IMG/VR virus record: IMGVR_UViG_3300020228_000001 | Location: 1-58,468 of that record | Reading direction: 5' to 3' (one strand) | Source of the DNA: a virus | Lineage: Duplodnaviria > Caudoviricetes | Length of the DNA: 58,468 bases | Shown: positions 1-8,993 of the stretch, in pieces | How positions within the stretch are numbered: the first letter of the stretch is position 1 | Layout: each line of letters begins with the position of its first letter | Translations under genes and position numbers: made by a program | The notes under the pieces: model-generated | The model's database searches: none | What the model was told of the DNA's origin: nothing | Seen by the model: only the letters and a program-made list of their open reading frames with translations

Positions 1-127
1 ATAACGTGTTGTTTGTACCATACTTCACGACTTGTCCATCGGTATATAATGCCATTTTGGCATATCCATGATAGTATACACCGTCTTCTACGCAATACAC
101 CTCTACGTCTTTGCACCATGCCAACAC
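1..127. repeat. Terminal direct repeat (circular assembly overlap), copy 1
   Basis: Positions 1-127 are identical to 58342-58468, and an ORF runs uninterrupted across the junction. Confidence 0.97.
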
Positions 128-307
128 TTTCACCCTTGAAATTGTTCCAGCGAGTTCTGGATTTGGAATAGCAAACGTATATAATTTAGCAGCAGACGTC
201 GAAATTTTGGTAGTATCTCCATCGGCGGTTTCTTCATCAACACTGGCATAAGACGAGCCATTATTAGAGCCCCCCGCAATCGGCCTAAATGTTGCAACTA
301 AGCTCAT
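1..307 (-). CDS. 5' part of an origin-spanning gene (182 aa in total), putative virion adhesin/fibre-associated beta-rich protein
   Basis: ATG at 307 overlaps the stop of the upstream gene (ATGA); reads MSLVATFRPIAGGSNNGSSY... in frame through the terminal repeat into 58468-58100. Confidence 0.75.
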   Translation of the reverse strand, partial: MSLVATFRPIAGGSNNGSSYASVDEETADGDTTKISTSAAKLYTFAIPNPELAGTISRVKVLAWCKDVEVYCVEDGVYYHGYAKMALYTDGQVVKYGTNNTL

Positions 308-1812
308 GTCGGCCCCATCGTCAGGCTACAGGTGATCTGCTTGCATGTGAGGATCCCTGAGATTACCACCGTAAGCCATTCCTCTGCCGCCACTGCAATA
401 CTCAGCCCCGTTTCGTGCATGTGGTTGGCTGATGCAATTGCGAAGGTATCTACCAGCGTCCCTATTGCGCCGTCGATGGCATGCTTGTAGAGCGTGCACG
501 TTACCGATCCAGTGACCGGCGCGCCAGCAGCATCAAAGCTGCGAATCCTTGCAGCTGTGATCTTAGAGGCTATCGGGATCTCGTAAGCGCACGATGACGC
601 AATTAGGACAGAAGTACCATCACCAAACGGGAAGGCAACCGCAAACCCCGACGTGGACCAGGCAGGATCATCTGTGCCCTGCACGAGCCTCTGGCCCGCC
701 ACGCCCTTGTTGAGAGCAAGCGGCGCAGATATGCCTCGATATAGCAGTTGGCCGCGAGTGGTGAGCAACGCGGTAATCGGATCTGCTGCCCAGGCCCAGA
801 CGTTGGTACCTTGTACAGGCACCTGGCCGGCTGCTCCTTTGGCTGTCTTGATCCATCCGGTCTCGCCGCGAACCAGAGACGCCCCCCAGGCAGCGGACCC
901 GACGAAATCAAGAATATCAGATAACGAGCACTCTTCACCCACGCCAGTTCCGGCTGCTTTCCTGGCTAATATCCGAGCAGTTTCGGCAAAGCTGGTAGCT
1001 GCTGCGGTGATAGCTGCCCCGTCTCCTCCCACATGGTTATGGTTGTCGCCGTTCGTGACTCCCTGAATGTTACCCAGGGCAGCGAAGGCCTCCCGGACCG
1101 CCTGCTCTGAAGCGACTTTTGTGTCGGACCCCGGAGTTCCGATGCTTGTGACTATGTCATCGGTGTCGATCTTGGTGTCTGCCAGCTCTCGGACAGCCTG
1201 CTCGGATGGGATTTTGGTATCTGATCCAGTTGCCCCAACTGTGGTGATTATGTCAGCCGAGGCTATCTTTGTGTCTACCAGAGTACGAACGGCTTTCTCA
1301 GTGGGCTGGATGGCATCCGACCCAGGAGAAGCTACAGTAGTTGAGACACCCTCGACACCGACAGCGAACATCCAGATGTTGGCCGTTGTGACAGTGGTCG
1401 CCGTGGCTGGGACGTAAACGGCTCCCAGGATGGCGCCGGGCGGAACGTCTGCGGGTGGCTGGGGAGAGGTGTAGCTCTTCCATTCACCGAGCTGCTTGGG
1501 ATCTACGATAACGGTGGGCGTGCCTTTCGCGATTACCGCATCACCGGCAGCGTCTCGATAGATCACATCTACCCCAGGAAGTGTCGCGTGCCCTTCGTCG
1601 TGCGTAGTAGTATCTGCCTCGACATCAACAGGAGCACCGGCCACTCTGATCCTGCCTGCTGCGATATGCACGACCCGGCTGGCGGGCGAGCTGGCGGTTA
1701 GCTGGTTGCCGTTCACCACCCCGGTACCTTTGTTTGCTCGCGCCAAGGCGCTTACGTGCGTCGTCAAGATGCACTGGCCGGGCCGCGGCTCAAGAAATGT
1801 TATGTCGGGCAT
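304..1812 (-). CDS. Fibre-like structural protein
   Basis: 502 aa; three GSDxxxxxE(K/Q)AVR repeats and two fibre-type repeats (e.g. RGQLLYRG...KGVAGQRLVQG); lies in the structural module. Confidence 0.65.
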   Translation of the reverse strand: MPDITFLEPRPGQCILTTHVSALARANKGTGVVNGNQLTASSPASRVVHIAAGRIRVAGAPVDVEADTTTHDEGHATLPGVDVIYRDAAGDAVIAKGTPTVIVDPKQLGEWKSYTSPQPPADVPPGAILGAVYVPATATTVTTANIWMFAVGVEGVSTTVASPGSDAIQPTEKAVRTLVDTKIASADIITTVGATGSDTKIPSEQAVRELADTKIDTDDIVTSIGTPGSDTKVASEQAVREAFAALGNIQGVTNGDNHNHVGGDGAAITAAATSFAETARILARKAAGTGVGEECSLSDILDFVGSAAWGASLVRGETGWIKTAKGAAGQVPVQGTNVWAWAADPITALLTTRGQLLYRGISAPLALNKGVAGQRLVQGTDDPAWSTSGFAVAFPFGDGTSVLIASSCAYEIPIASKITAARIRSFDAAGAPVTGSVTCTLYKHAIDGAIGTLVDTFAIASANHMHETGLSIAVAAEEWLTVVISGILTCKQITCSLTMGPT

Positions 1813-1823
1813 AATAAATTACC

Positions 1824-2078
1824 TCACGCAGAGAGATTCATGAAAAGCGATGTGTTGTTGCTGCTGCTGTTGATATTGCAGGGCCAATAGTCTGGTGATA
1901 GGAATGTCAGATAATCCGACTGCCCCATAGCATCACCCACATGGGCGGCCACCGTGACCGGCAAGAGGCCGGGGCTCGCTTCCCACGACATCCCGTTTTC
2001 GTCTACGCCATGCATCGGCTCGGGCGGAGGGCCGTCTATTGGCCCCAGGAGCATCATGAGCAGAATTAAGAAGATCAT
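1824..2078 (-). CDS. Small hypothetical protein with a hydrophobic N-terminus
   Basis: MIFLILLMMLLG signal-like start; ATGA coupling to the upstream gene. Confidence 0.5.
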   Translation of the reverse strand: MIFLILLMMLLGPIDGPPPEPMHGVDENGMSWEASPGLLPVTVAAHVGDAMGQSDYLTFLSPDYWPCNINSSSNNTSLFMNLSA

Positions 2079-2656
2079 TGTATCCCCATAATTTTCTTGC
2101 CAGCTTCCTTTGTTGCCTGCCGGTTATTGCGCCGGCTCAGCACCACACCGATTGAAATTAACAGGATTGTTACAAGGACGGCCCCGACGATATGCCAGCC
2201 ATACTGCCCGATCCTGCCCCAATAGACGCCTATCGCACCCAACGCACCTACATAAGCACCACCGAAGAGCCCTATTGTGAGCCACCTGAGCACGGGGTTG
2301 CCCCAAATCAGATTCCAGGTGATACTCACCAATCGCGGATATTCTTGTATTACCGAGATGCTTGCCTTGATTTCTTTTATCTCTTCGGCAAGAGTGTCGT
2401 TTTTTAGGCCAGCCTGATATATCGCATCGGCCTTTGCTGAGCCGAGGTCAGCGCCATCTACCAGAAAGCCTTTAGTGGCCTGGTATGCTCCGCAAACCTC
2501 TTCGACTTTTGTTAGGCGCGCATTGAACTCCCTTCTGAAAAAGTCGCAGTTGTCGCGGCCAACCATACCACGATCTACTGAACCCTTCAGCTCAGTTATT
2601 GCTTTTTCGTTCTTTTCGATGCCGTCTAGGATGAGTCGGAGCATTGCGTCATCCAT
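2075..2656 (-). CDS. Coiled-coil membrane protein (possible lysis module)
   Basis: Likely start MDDAML at 2656; coiled coil followed by two hydrophobic helices. Confidence 0.55.
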   Translation of the reverse strand: MDDAMLRLILDGIEKNEKAITELKGSVDRGMVGRDNCDFFRREFNARLTKVEEVCGAYQATKGFLVDGADLGSAKADAIYQAGLKNDTLAEEIKEIKASISVIQEYPRLVSITWNLIWGNPVLRWLTIGLFGGAYVGALGAIGVYWGRIGQYGWHIVGAVLVTILLISIGVVLSRRNNRQATKEAGKKIMGIQ

Positions 2657-2661
2657 GCAAC

Positions 2662-2871
2662 CTACCGGGGGAGCGTGATCAGCCCGCCGCCGTACTTCCT
2701 GGCAATCATGACTACCATAAACAGGATTGAACCGATTCCGGCTATCTGTTCCACAGTCAGGCCCGCACCCGCCAGGCCGAAGGATACTAGTAAGCTCGAT
2801 ACCAGGCCAATAAAGGCCACTATTTCTGTCTTGGATTCCCAAGGCATCTTAGGCTCTAATTCAACTGCCAT
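2662..2871 (-). CDS. Holin-like small membrane protein
   Basis: 69 aa, PWESKT motif, two TM segments, basic residues near the C-terminus. Confidence 0.5.
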   Translation of the reverse strand: MAVELEPKMPWESKTEIVAFIGLVSSLLVSFGLAGAGLTVEQIAGIGSILFMVVMIARKYGGGLITLPR

Positions 2872-2884
2872 TTAGATCACCAGT

Positions 2885-3244
2885 TCATATGAATATAAGT
2901 CCACCGTTTTCGGTTTCAATCGGTGTCAGGTTGCCCACTTCCGCGCTGATGTTCTGCGGGAGCGGTGTTGCCGTCATCGTGAAATTGATTAGCAGGTCCG
3001 GTACGCCTGCCCGCCCGTTATCGAGCTTCCTGGTTCCTGAGAAGAACTTGCCCAGGTCTGCTAAGGGCCGGTCCTTCCAGGCCGTCAGGTTCTCATTCAC
3101 GGCGGCTATGGCGTGGGCGCTCGTGGGCGACAGGCCCGACAGGCTCACGGCCTGCACCGGGGCGGCGCGGGGCTGCAGGAGGTCGAGCGGGGTCTGGGCG
3201 GTAGCCACGGAGATTAAGGCTAACAGAATAAGGAAGAGTCTCAT
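2885..3244 (-). CDS. Secreted hypothetical protein
   Basis: Signal peptide MRLFLILLALISVATA. Confidence 0.55.
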   Translation of the reverse strand: MRLFLILLALISVATAQTPLDLLQPRAAPVQAVSLSGLSPTSAHAIAAVNENLTAWKDRPLADLGKFFSGTRKLDNGRAGVPDLLINFTMTATPLPQNISAEVGNLTPIETENGGLIFI

Positions 3245-3615
3245 TTTGCCCCCTTCTTTCCGAGGGTGCTGGTATTGTAGAAGCCCTCAACGCCTTCCTT
3301 GCCGAGCTTTCGCATTTTCGCCAGGACAATCTCAGGATCATAGCCGAAGCAGGCCACCCATTCGATTCTCGTTAAGGGCGTGGCATCGTCCGCTGTGGTA
3401 TAGATCCTGTCACCATTGACCGGGCTAATTCCACCTACGGGCAGCCTCCACTCGAAGCACTTGGGCAGAAGGCAACCACATGCTTGATCTCCGGTGCCTG
3501 CCGTGTCTCTCTGGGGCGTATTTAGGATACCACAGTCACTACAGCAAAATTTCTTAGCCCGGTCGTCTACTGATTGGACCAGGCAACAACCCGCACATTT
3601 CGCTTTATATGTCAT
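3241..3615 (-). CDS. Cys-rich (zinc finger) hypothetical protein
   Basis: CxxC...CxxC and CGC motifs; GAGGA SD upstream. Confidence 0.55.
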   Translation of the reverse strand: MTYKAKCAGCCLVQSVDDRAKKFCCSDCGILNTPQRDTAGTGDQACGCLLPKCFEWRLPVGGISPVNGDRIYTTADDATPLTRIEWVACFGYDPEIVLAKMRKLGKEGVEGFYNTSTLGKKGAK

Positions 3616-3848
3616 TTATTATTCCTCTTAGCATTTTTCGCCAATTTCAGCAATAACGCCCTTTATTTCCACAGATTTCATTGATTTGGCCTCACTTTCC
3701 AGCACCACCAATCGAGCAGAAGTATTGATCGGTTCCCTCGACCGCCTTTTGCTGGCCGTCGCTTCTCTTCTTCACGAAAATTTGTGCCATGAAAATTCTC
3801 CTAGATCTTAATCGCCTTCCGGTGGCGTTCCCTAGAAAATGATAGAAA

Positions 3849-4433
3849 TCAAGCGCAGTACAGCACATTGAACGGCTGTGTGTTGTCTTCCAGATCGACG
3901 GCGCTGGATCGATCCTTCACGTAGATGTCTATCGAGTTGCCCTGGTGTGGATCTGTATATCTGATCTGGTCCCCGATTTTTAAGGCTGCCTCGGTATATA
4001 TGTTGTATGTCGTTTCCATGAATCCCGATCCGTTGGGATCTCTCCTGACTGATGTCTTGGGAAAGACCACGCAGGTGATCGGCACCAGCGTCTCTCGGAA
4101 TAGCGGCTCGCCTGTGGTGCTGATACACTCGATGAGGATGTTGCAGTCCAGGTCCGCTGTCGAGATGTCGGGCAGCTCGGTCAGATCTTCCTCGTTGGTC
4201 AGCCTGGTTGCCTCGATGAACTCCAGCCCTTCCTCGTCGATGTGGACAGTCCCTTCAACGGTGGTGTGTCCTGTCGCTGGCGAGACTGTGATAGCGAGCC
4301 GGAAGGCCTCGATGGGGGTCTCTGCTGCACTCAGGTCCAGCTCCGAGGTTAAGCCGTCGTACAGCACCCAGGGGCCTTGCAGGATCTGATTAGCTTCGAC
4401 CTGGACAAACTCATCAAAAAAGCCGTCATCCAT
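3849..4433 (-). CDS. Putative head closure/neck protein
   Basis: Follows the head-tail adaptor; C-terminal LKIGDQI motif; likely start MDDGFF. Confidence 0.5.
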   Translation of the reverse strand: MDDGFFDEFVQVEANQILQGPWVLYDGLTSELDLSAAETPIEAFRLAITVSPATGHTTVEGTVHIDEEGLEFIEATRLTNEEDLTELPDISTADLDCNILIECISTTGEPLFRETLVPITCVVFPKTSVRRDPNGSGFMETTYNIYTEAALKIGDQIRYTDPHQGNSIDIYVKDRSSAVDLEDNTQPFNVLYCA

Positions 4434-4434
4434 C

Positions 4435-4662
4435 CTACACCTCACCGATCCGTGGCCACTCACCCATAATCCGGTTTCGCTCGATGAGCTGCGCCCTGGC
4501 TGCCATCATGCCAGCGAACGGAGCCGGGTCGCCCGCCTTGGTGCGCTGTTTGAATTCCAGATAGAACGTGCGCTCCAGCGCGGCCTGCTGCATTGGACTC
4601 AGTTGCTTCTTTCCGATCATCGGCATTCCTGTTGCCTGGCTGATTGACATTTTCTCGCTCAT
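4435..4662 (-). CDS. Hypothetical protein
   Basis: 75-aa ORF translationally coupled within the head operon. Confidence 0.5.
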   Translation of the reverse strand: MSEKMSISQATGMPMIGKKQLSPMQQAALERTFYLEFKQRTKAGDPAPFAGMMAARAQLIERNRIMGEWPRIGEV

Positions 4663-5075
4663 AGATATCCTGTGATGCTGTAACCGCTGCTTGGATTGTC
4701 ATGCTGGCCTATGCCGAACTTGAGCGCCCTGTGTGCAGAGGATGACGCTCTGGGCGTGATGCTCGGACTCATGGCCATAGCCTTGAGGGCCACGCTCTTT
4801 TTACGCCATCCTTCAGCTTTTTGTGAAAGTGAAACGGAAGACCCCCCCATCGATTTATCGGCGAGGCCGGCATACATCCCGGCGATGGTCTCGGCACAAT
4901 AGCTGGCAGCGAGAAGGGCATTGCCGCTTGCTCTGGCAAGGTTGTACTCAATCTCGGAATCTGTGACCAAGGACAGGCTTGCCTCCCGGCCCAGCTCCAG
5001 CCGGACGGCATCGACGGGCACGTTAGCCGGATCGCCTGTATAAGTCGATTCGGGCTCTGGTTCAGGATCGGGCAT
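4659..5075 (-). CDS. Head-tail connector/adaptor protein
   Basis: TYTGDP..VRL..L.TDSEI..ADKSMG..S.SQK pattern typical of phage adaptors; located downstream of the MCP. Confidence 0.65.
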   Translation of the reverse strand: MPDPEPEPESTYTGDPANVPVDAVRLELGREASLSLVTDSEIEYNLARASGNALLAASYCAETIAGMYAGLADKSMGGSSVSLSQKAEGWRKKSVALKAMAMSPSITPRASSSAHRALKFGIGQHDNPSSGYSITGYL

Positions 5076-5130
5076 GTTATTATTCTCCTCATCAGTTTAT
5101 TATTTCAAAAAAGAAATGATAGTGACCCGC

Positions 5131-6561
5131 TTAAGCGGTGCGGGTCCACTCAAGAGATACGAGCACTTTTCCGCCCGCAGTGCTCTTGGCACTTGTCAGA
5201 TAGTAATATCCGTCTGCAAGGACCACATTGTTGGTCGTTGGACTTGCCGAATATTCTACGTTCAAGGCATCAGATGCCACGGCGGTCAAGACACCGGATG
5301 CAGACGCTCCCGTGGAATTTCCACATGTCACAGTACCATTGTCGCTTGCCGCAATGGCCTTCATGACAATGCCACGAATTTTGTTTATCGTGACCTTCTG
5401 CGGGAAGTAGATTCTACTGGTGGTCTGCTCGCCCGTCTCGAAGGACATCGTGAACGTGCTAACGCCTTTGAGAAGAGCTGCCTCAAGCTTGGGTATAGTT
5501 ACCCCCAGGGGCTGCAATGCGGAGGCGCCGATCGAGACAAGCTCGGACTTAACCACATTGAAAACGATCTTGCCAACCGTGGCGCTCTTGACCTTGATGC
5601 GGCCAACGATCTGCTTGAGCTGGTCTGCCCCCGTTGGCCCCGTCAGAGTCCAATTGCCTGCTGTGACCCCATCCAGATATACCGGATCTCCCACATTTCC
5701 AGCATCGGTGTTGAGTGTCGTCAGCTCCAGGATATCCCTGGCCTCTGATGTGGTGGTGCCAGCGTTGACGCTGGATGCGACGAGCTGAGCGGGCTTCCCG
5801 GAGGTGTCTGCGTCAGCTTTCTCGACTATGAACGTGTCTGTGGTGAAGTCATAGCTCGATATGTGCAGAAGCTCTCCGATGGCCAGGGCTCCGACCGAGT
5901 AGACGGTGAACTTCCTGGGAACGTCCGGGCCCATGTCACTCATGACGACAGTGCCCGGTGCGATCTTGGCACTGGTCACGGAGCTATCCTGTAGCCCGGA
6001 AGTACCGACCTTGACCCGCTCTATTTTAACCGTGTTGAAGACGATCTTGCCTACGGTTGCCGATTTTACCTTGATCCGGCCCACTATCTGCTGGATCTGG
6101 TCCGCGCCTGTCGGACCTGTGAGTGTCCAGCTTCCTGCTGTGGCTGCATCGAGATAGACTGGATCTCCGACTTCTCCGGCGTTGGTGTTCAGGCCGGTTA
6201 GCTCCTCTATGTCAGAAGCGAGGGAGGTCTCTGAGCCGCCATTGACGGTGCTTGCCACGAGCTGGGCCTGCTTACCGGACGTGTCCGCATCGGCTTTCTC
6301 TACAGTGAAACAACTGTTGGCTACATTGTAGCCGGTGATGTGCAGGAGGTCTCCCTTTGCCAGGGCTCCGGCGCTGTAGACGGTGAACTTGCGGGTCGTC
6401 AGGTTCAGGTTGTTCAGGTCGTCTGCGGTGGAGGTGATCTCCGTCATTGTGCCGGCATCGTTGGGCAGGTGCAGCTCTTTGATCCGGGCCCTCTTGACAT
6501 CAATAGAGTCCTGCTTTACCGGCCCACGTGGGTACTCTAATCTAGCTGGGCCTTCCACCAT
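5131..6561 (-). CDS. Head decoration/head fibre protein with two tandem ~120-aa cement-like domains
   Basis: Duplicated RKFTVYS...ADADTSGK...GDPVYLD...VGRIKVKS domains; SVTSAKIA-type linker. Confidence 0.6.
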   Translation of the reverse strand: MVEGPARLEYPRGPVKQDSIDVKRARIKELHLPNDAGTMTEITSTADDLNNLNLTTRKFTVYSAGALAKGDLLHITGYNVANSCFTVEKADADTSGKQAQLVASTVNGGSETSLASDIEELTGLNTNAGEVGDPVYLDAATAGSWTLTGPTGADQIQQIVGRIKVKSATVGKIVFNTVKIERVKVGTSGLQDSSVTSAKIAPGTVVMSDMGPDVPRKFTVYSVGALAIGELLHISSYDFTTDTFIVEKADADTSGKPAQLVASSVNAGTTTSEARDILELTTLNTDAGNVGDPVYLDGVTAGNWTLTGPTGADQLKQIVGRIKVKSATVGKIVFNVVKSELVSIGASALQPLGVTIPKLEAALLKGVSTFTMSFETGEQTTSRIYFPQKVTINKIRGIVMKAIAASDNGTVTCGNSTGASASGVLTAVASDALNVEYSASPTTNNVVLADGYYYLTSAKSTAGGKVLVSLEWTRTA

Positions 6562-6787
6562 CTGGGATCGCCTCCGTTATTTGTGAATTGTCGTCGTCAG
6601 GCATCCGGTATATCGCCCCGGATCTGATGAGCGTCTGGAGCGGATTGCCTCGGGGGTACTTCTTAGGATCTTTGGTGTCCATCTTAGCGGCATCCTTGGC
6701 AGAAATGATAGAGCCCCGCGCATATTGGCGCAGGACCTTACCATCATGCCTCTGGAATGCCCGCATTACCTTGTAGCTGTCGGGCAT
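6542..6787 (-). CDS. Small hypothetical head-region protein
   Basis: 81-aa ORF directly after the MCP with GAGGT SD. Confidence 0.55.
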   Translation of the reverse strand: MPDSYKVMRAFQRHDGKVLRQYARGSIISAKDAAKMDTKDPKKYPRGNPLQTLIRSGAIYRMPDDDNSQITEAIPDGGRPS

Positions 6788-6797
6788 CGGTGGGACC

Positions 6798-7865
6798 TCA
6801 AGCTATTGCGGTATAGAAGAACATGCCCGCATCAGGAGCTACGACGCAGGGAGCCCAGCACTGGAATCCTTGATAGAATGTCGTGTGTACGTGCATATCA
6901 GGCACTTGAGACAGGGCAGTCTCGAAGCCTCCCAGAGGCTCGTTGAAGGACAGGTTCATGGCAGCAATGGTCTTCAGGGGGCCGGGCTTGTCCACGAATC
7001 CGAGCCACATGCTCTTTCCGAAGATCCAGTCCAGGACCACAGCAGCGCCAGGTGCGGCGGTGTTGTACATCGCTCCGGCGACTATGATCTTCTCGACATC
7101 CAAGGCTTGAGCGATCATCTGCTCATTGAGCTTGGTGGGAACCTTCTCAGCGCCCTGTGGGTTTCTGAAGAGCGAGATGAGCTGCGGGTTGATCCTCAGA
7201 GCCTCGTAGACCTGCTCGCCCATGATGAGGGTGTTGGGCTTGACGCCTGCCTTCTTCTTGATCGCCATCTTGGCATCCTTGAAGAGGCCCAGGGGGTCCG
7301 AGTCGGAGTCGTTGAACCTGCGGAATGTCTCGCCGGTCGTGACCTCGCCATCTGCCCAGGTCTCACCGGAGTTGACGCCAGTCACATCGATTCCCCAGAC
7401 ACCTGCCTTGAAGTAGGCATTGGCAATGGTCAGCTCTTTGTTGAGCTGCAGGACATCTGTGACCATGTTGGTCGTGGCCTGCTCGATTGGGTAGCCGTCG
7501 TCGGCTACGAAGGGCAGATCGGCCAGCAGAGGCATCTCGAAGGCGTACCTCTGGCAGACGTAGCTGCCGGGAGTATCCACCTTCAACTCGCCCTGGGGCG
7601 GCACGGTGCCGGGCCGCCAGGTGCCTGCCTTGTTGGTAAATGCGTTCTCTTTTGCCCATTTGGGATAGAGACCAGCGATCTGGTTGACTCCGATCATCGG
7701 GAACCATTGGTCTGCCACGAAGTTGGAGGGCTCCTGCCTGTAAGCCAGGGACCACTCGGATTCCAGTCTGGCTACATGGATCTGGGAATAGTCCATGCCC
7801 TTGCAGACTACATCCTGGGCAGCCGTGGCTAAGGCTTCTTTGTATGCAATATCCGTAATAATCAC
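6798..7865 (-). CDS. Major capsid protein (HK97 fold)
   Basis: ~355 aa; SLAY..FVADQWFP, SDP..D, GVKPNTLIMG motifs; follows protease/scaffold/cement genes; true start may be ACG at 7856. Confidence 0.85.
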   Translation of the reverse strand: MIITDIAYKEALATAAQDVVCKGMDYSQIHVARLESEWSLAYRQEPSNFVADQWFPMIGVNQIAGLYPKWAKENAFTNKAGTWRPGTVPPQGELKVDTPGSYVCQRYAFEMPLLADLPFVADDGYPIEQATTNMVTDVLQLNKELTIANAYFKAGVWGIDVTGVNSGETWADGEVTTGETFRRFNDSDSDPLGLFKDAKMAIKKKAGVKPNTLIMGEQVYEALRINPQLISLFRNPQGAEKVPTKLNEQMIAQALDVEKIIVAGAMYNTAAPGAAVVLDWIFGKSMWLGFVDKPGPLKTIAAMNLSFNEPLGGFETALSQVPDMHVHTTFYQGFQCWAPCVVAPDAGMFFYTAIA

Positions 7866-7877
7866 CTCAAAAGAGTT

Positions 7878-8306
7878 TTAAGTCACCGCATAGGTGAATG
7901 GTCCCATCAAGCGCACTGAGGCAGGCAGGCCCGCTGCGGCACCGACAATACACTGTCCGACAATGATATCAGCAGCCGTTGGGGTCGCCTTGTCGCCCAC
8001 TCCACCGGTGCCAACTTTTACCCAGTCACCGGCTGCGAGTGCTCCACTCCCAGCCTTGACTAATGCAACGCCGCGTGTCTGGACCTGGGCCACGGTCTGG
8101 AATTTTGCGGACGTGACCGATGCTTCCTCGATGGGTCGGTTGCAGAGGACTCCTGCAGATAAGCCGCTACTATATGCTTCCACCGTCCGGTTGACGGCTG
8201 CCCGCTGCTGAACAAAACAATACTCGTAGGCCGTCAGATCTCCATAGACATCAAACGGACTGATGTCTCCCGGCATTGCCTCCCTGAACGGGGCTGTGAT
8301 AGCCAT
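7878..8306 (-). CDS. Capsid cement/decoration protein (DUF2190-like)
   Basis: Gly/Ala-rich 142 aa with GVL.N.P and V..G....AGD.V motifs, directly upstream of the MCP. Confidence 0.7.
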   Translation of the reverse strand: MAITAPFREAMPGDISPFDVYGDLTAYEYCFVQQRAAVNRTVEAYSSGLSAGVLCNRPIEEASVTSAKFQTVAQVQTRGVALVKAGSGALAAGDWVKVGTGGVGDKATPTAADIIVGQCIVGAAAGLPASVRLMGPFTYAVT

Positions 8307-8981
8307 CTAATGCACCCCCATCTGAGATCTTACGTAAGACTGCCTTTCCTCGGCCAGGACTGCCTTCGCCAGCTTGCCGTTCTCGCGGGTAGCCGCGGTT
8401 ACGGCCATTGCCCTGCGGACCTTGGGGTCTGTCGGGCCGCTGCCGGACTTCTGGATCGTGCCTTCATGCTTCTGCACGATCGCCTCGAACTGTGCCGTAG
8501 CACTGCCAGGAGCGGGCCTGCTTGAGCCCATCTGAGTGCCCAGGATGCCCATCGCCTCTTTCTTGACGGCGTTGGCCTGCTTGAGAGTCTTGAGGATGCT
8601 TTCTTTGGCGCTTGCGGACATATCGGAGTCCTCAAGGGACTTCAGGATGGTCGCGGTCTCGCCAGGGTTGCCCAGCTCGCTCAGGTAGCTCTTGGCGATG
8701 CCTTCAAGCTCCTGCTTTCTCATCTTGGTAGACTGCTTCTGAACAGTCTCCACCAGAGGCCGCACGGCCTTCTGGATTTCTTCCGATATCATAGCTGCAA
8801 TATCGGACTTAGTGACCTGAGCCACACTGGCTCCGGCCCTTGCCCCAGCGGGCTTGGTCTTCATCATGATACCTTCCTTGGAATTTTGCATTGATTTGAA
8901 AATAAGGAATTTTTTTGAGTTAGCCGCTTTACCGACTAACGAGACTTCATCTAAGTCCAAATTTTTAAGATCGTTTGGCAT
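8307..8981 (-). CDS. Putative scaffold protein
   Basis: N-terminal LxNLDLDEVSLVGKAAN..FLIFKS motif typical of XkdF-linked head proteins, then coiled coil. Confidence 0.6.
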   Translation of the reverse strand: MPNDLKNLDLDEVSLVGKAANSKKFLIFKSMQNSKEGIMMKTKPAGARAGASVAQVTKSDIAAMISEEIQKAVRPLVETVQKQSTKMRKQELEGIAKSYLSELGNPGETATILKSLEDSDMSASAKESILKTLKQANAVKKEAMGILGTQMGSSRPAPGSATAQFEAIVQKHEGTIQKSGSGPTDPKVRRAMAVTAATRENGKLAKAVLAEERQSYVRSQMGVH

Positions 8982-8993
8982 AGAATAACCTCA

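Noticed and set aside
1-127. 127-bp terminal repeat as a biological terminal repeat of the virion DNA
   Set aside because: The length equals a common assembler k-mer size and it falls mid-gene; best explained as circular overlap
3628-3790. TGA readthrough (selenocysteine) in a small Cys-containing ORF
   Set aside because: Two in-frame TGAs, but no SECIS evidence; an alternative frame ends neatly before the next gene, so a tiny ORF or frameshifted remnant is simpler
6870-7832. Long plus-strand ORFs such as 6870-7832, 22324-23532 and 16557-17389
   Set aside because: Antisense shadows of well-supported minus-strand genes, with no recognisable motifs
8304-8309. Global amber recoding suggested by in-frame TAG-ATG junctions (8307, 24056, 39610)
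   Set aside because: TAG ends many clearly separate genes (sheath, tube, integrase); the junctions fit ordinary translational coupling
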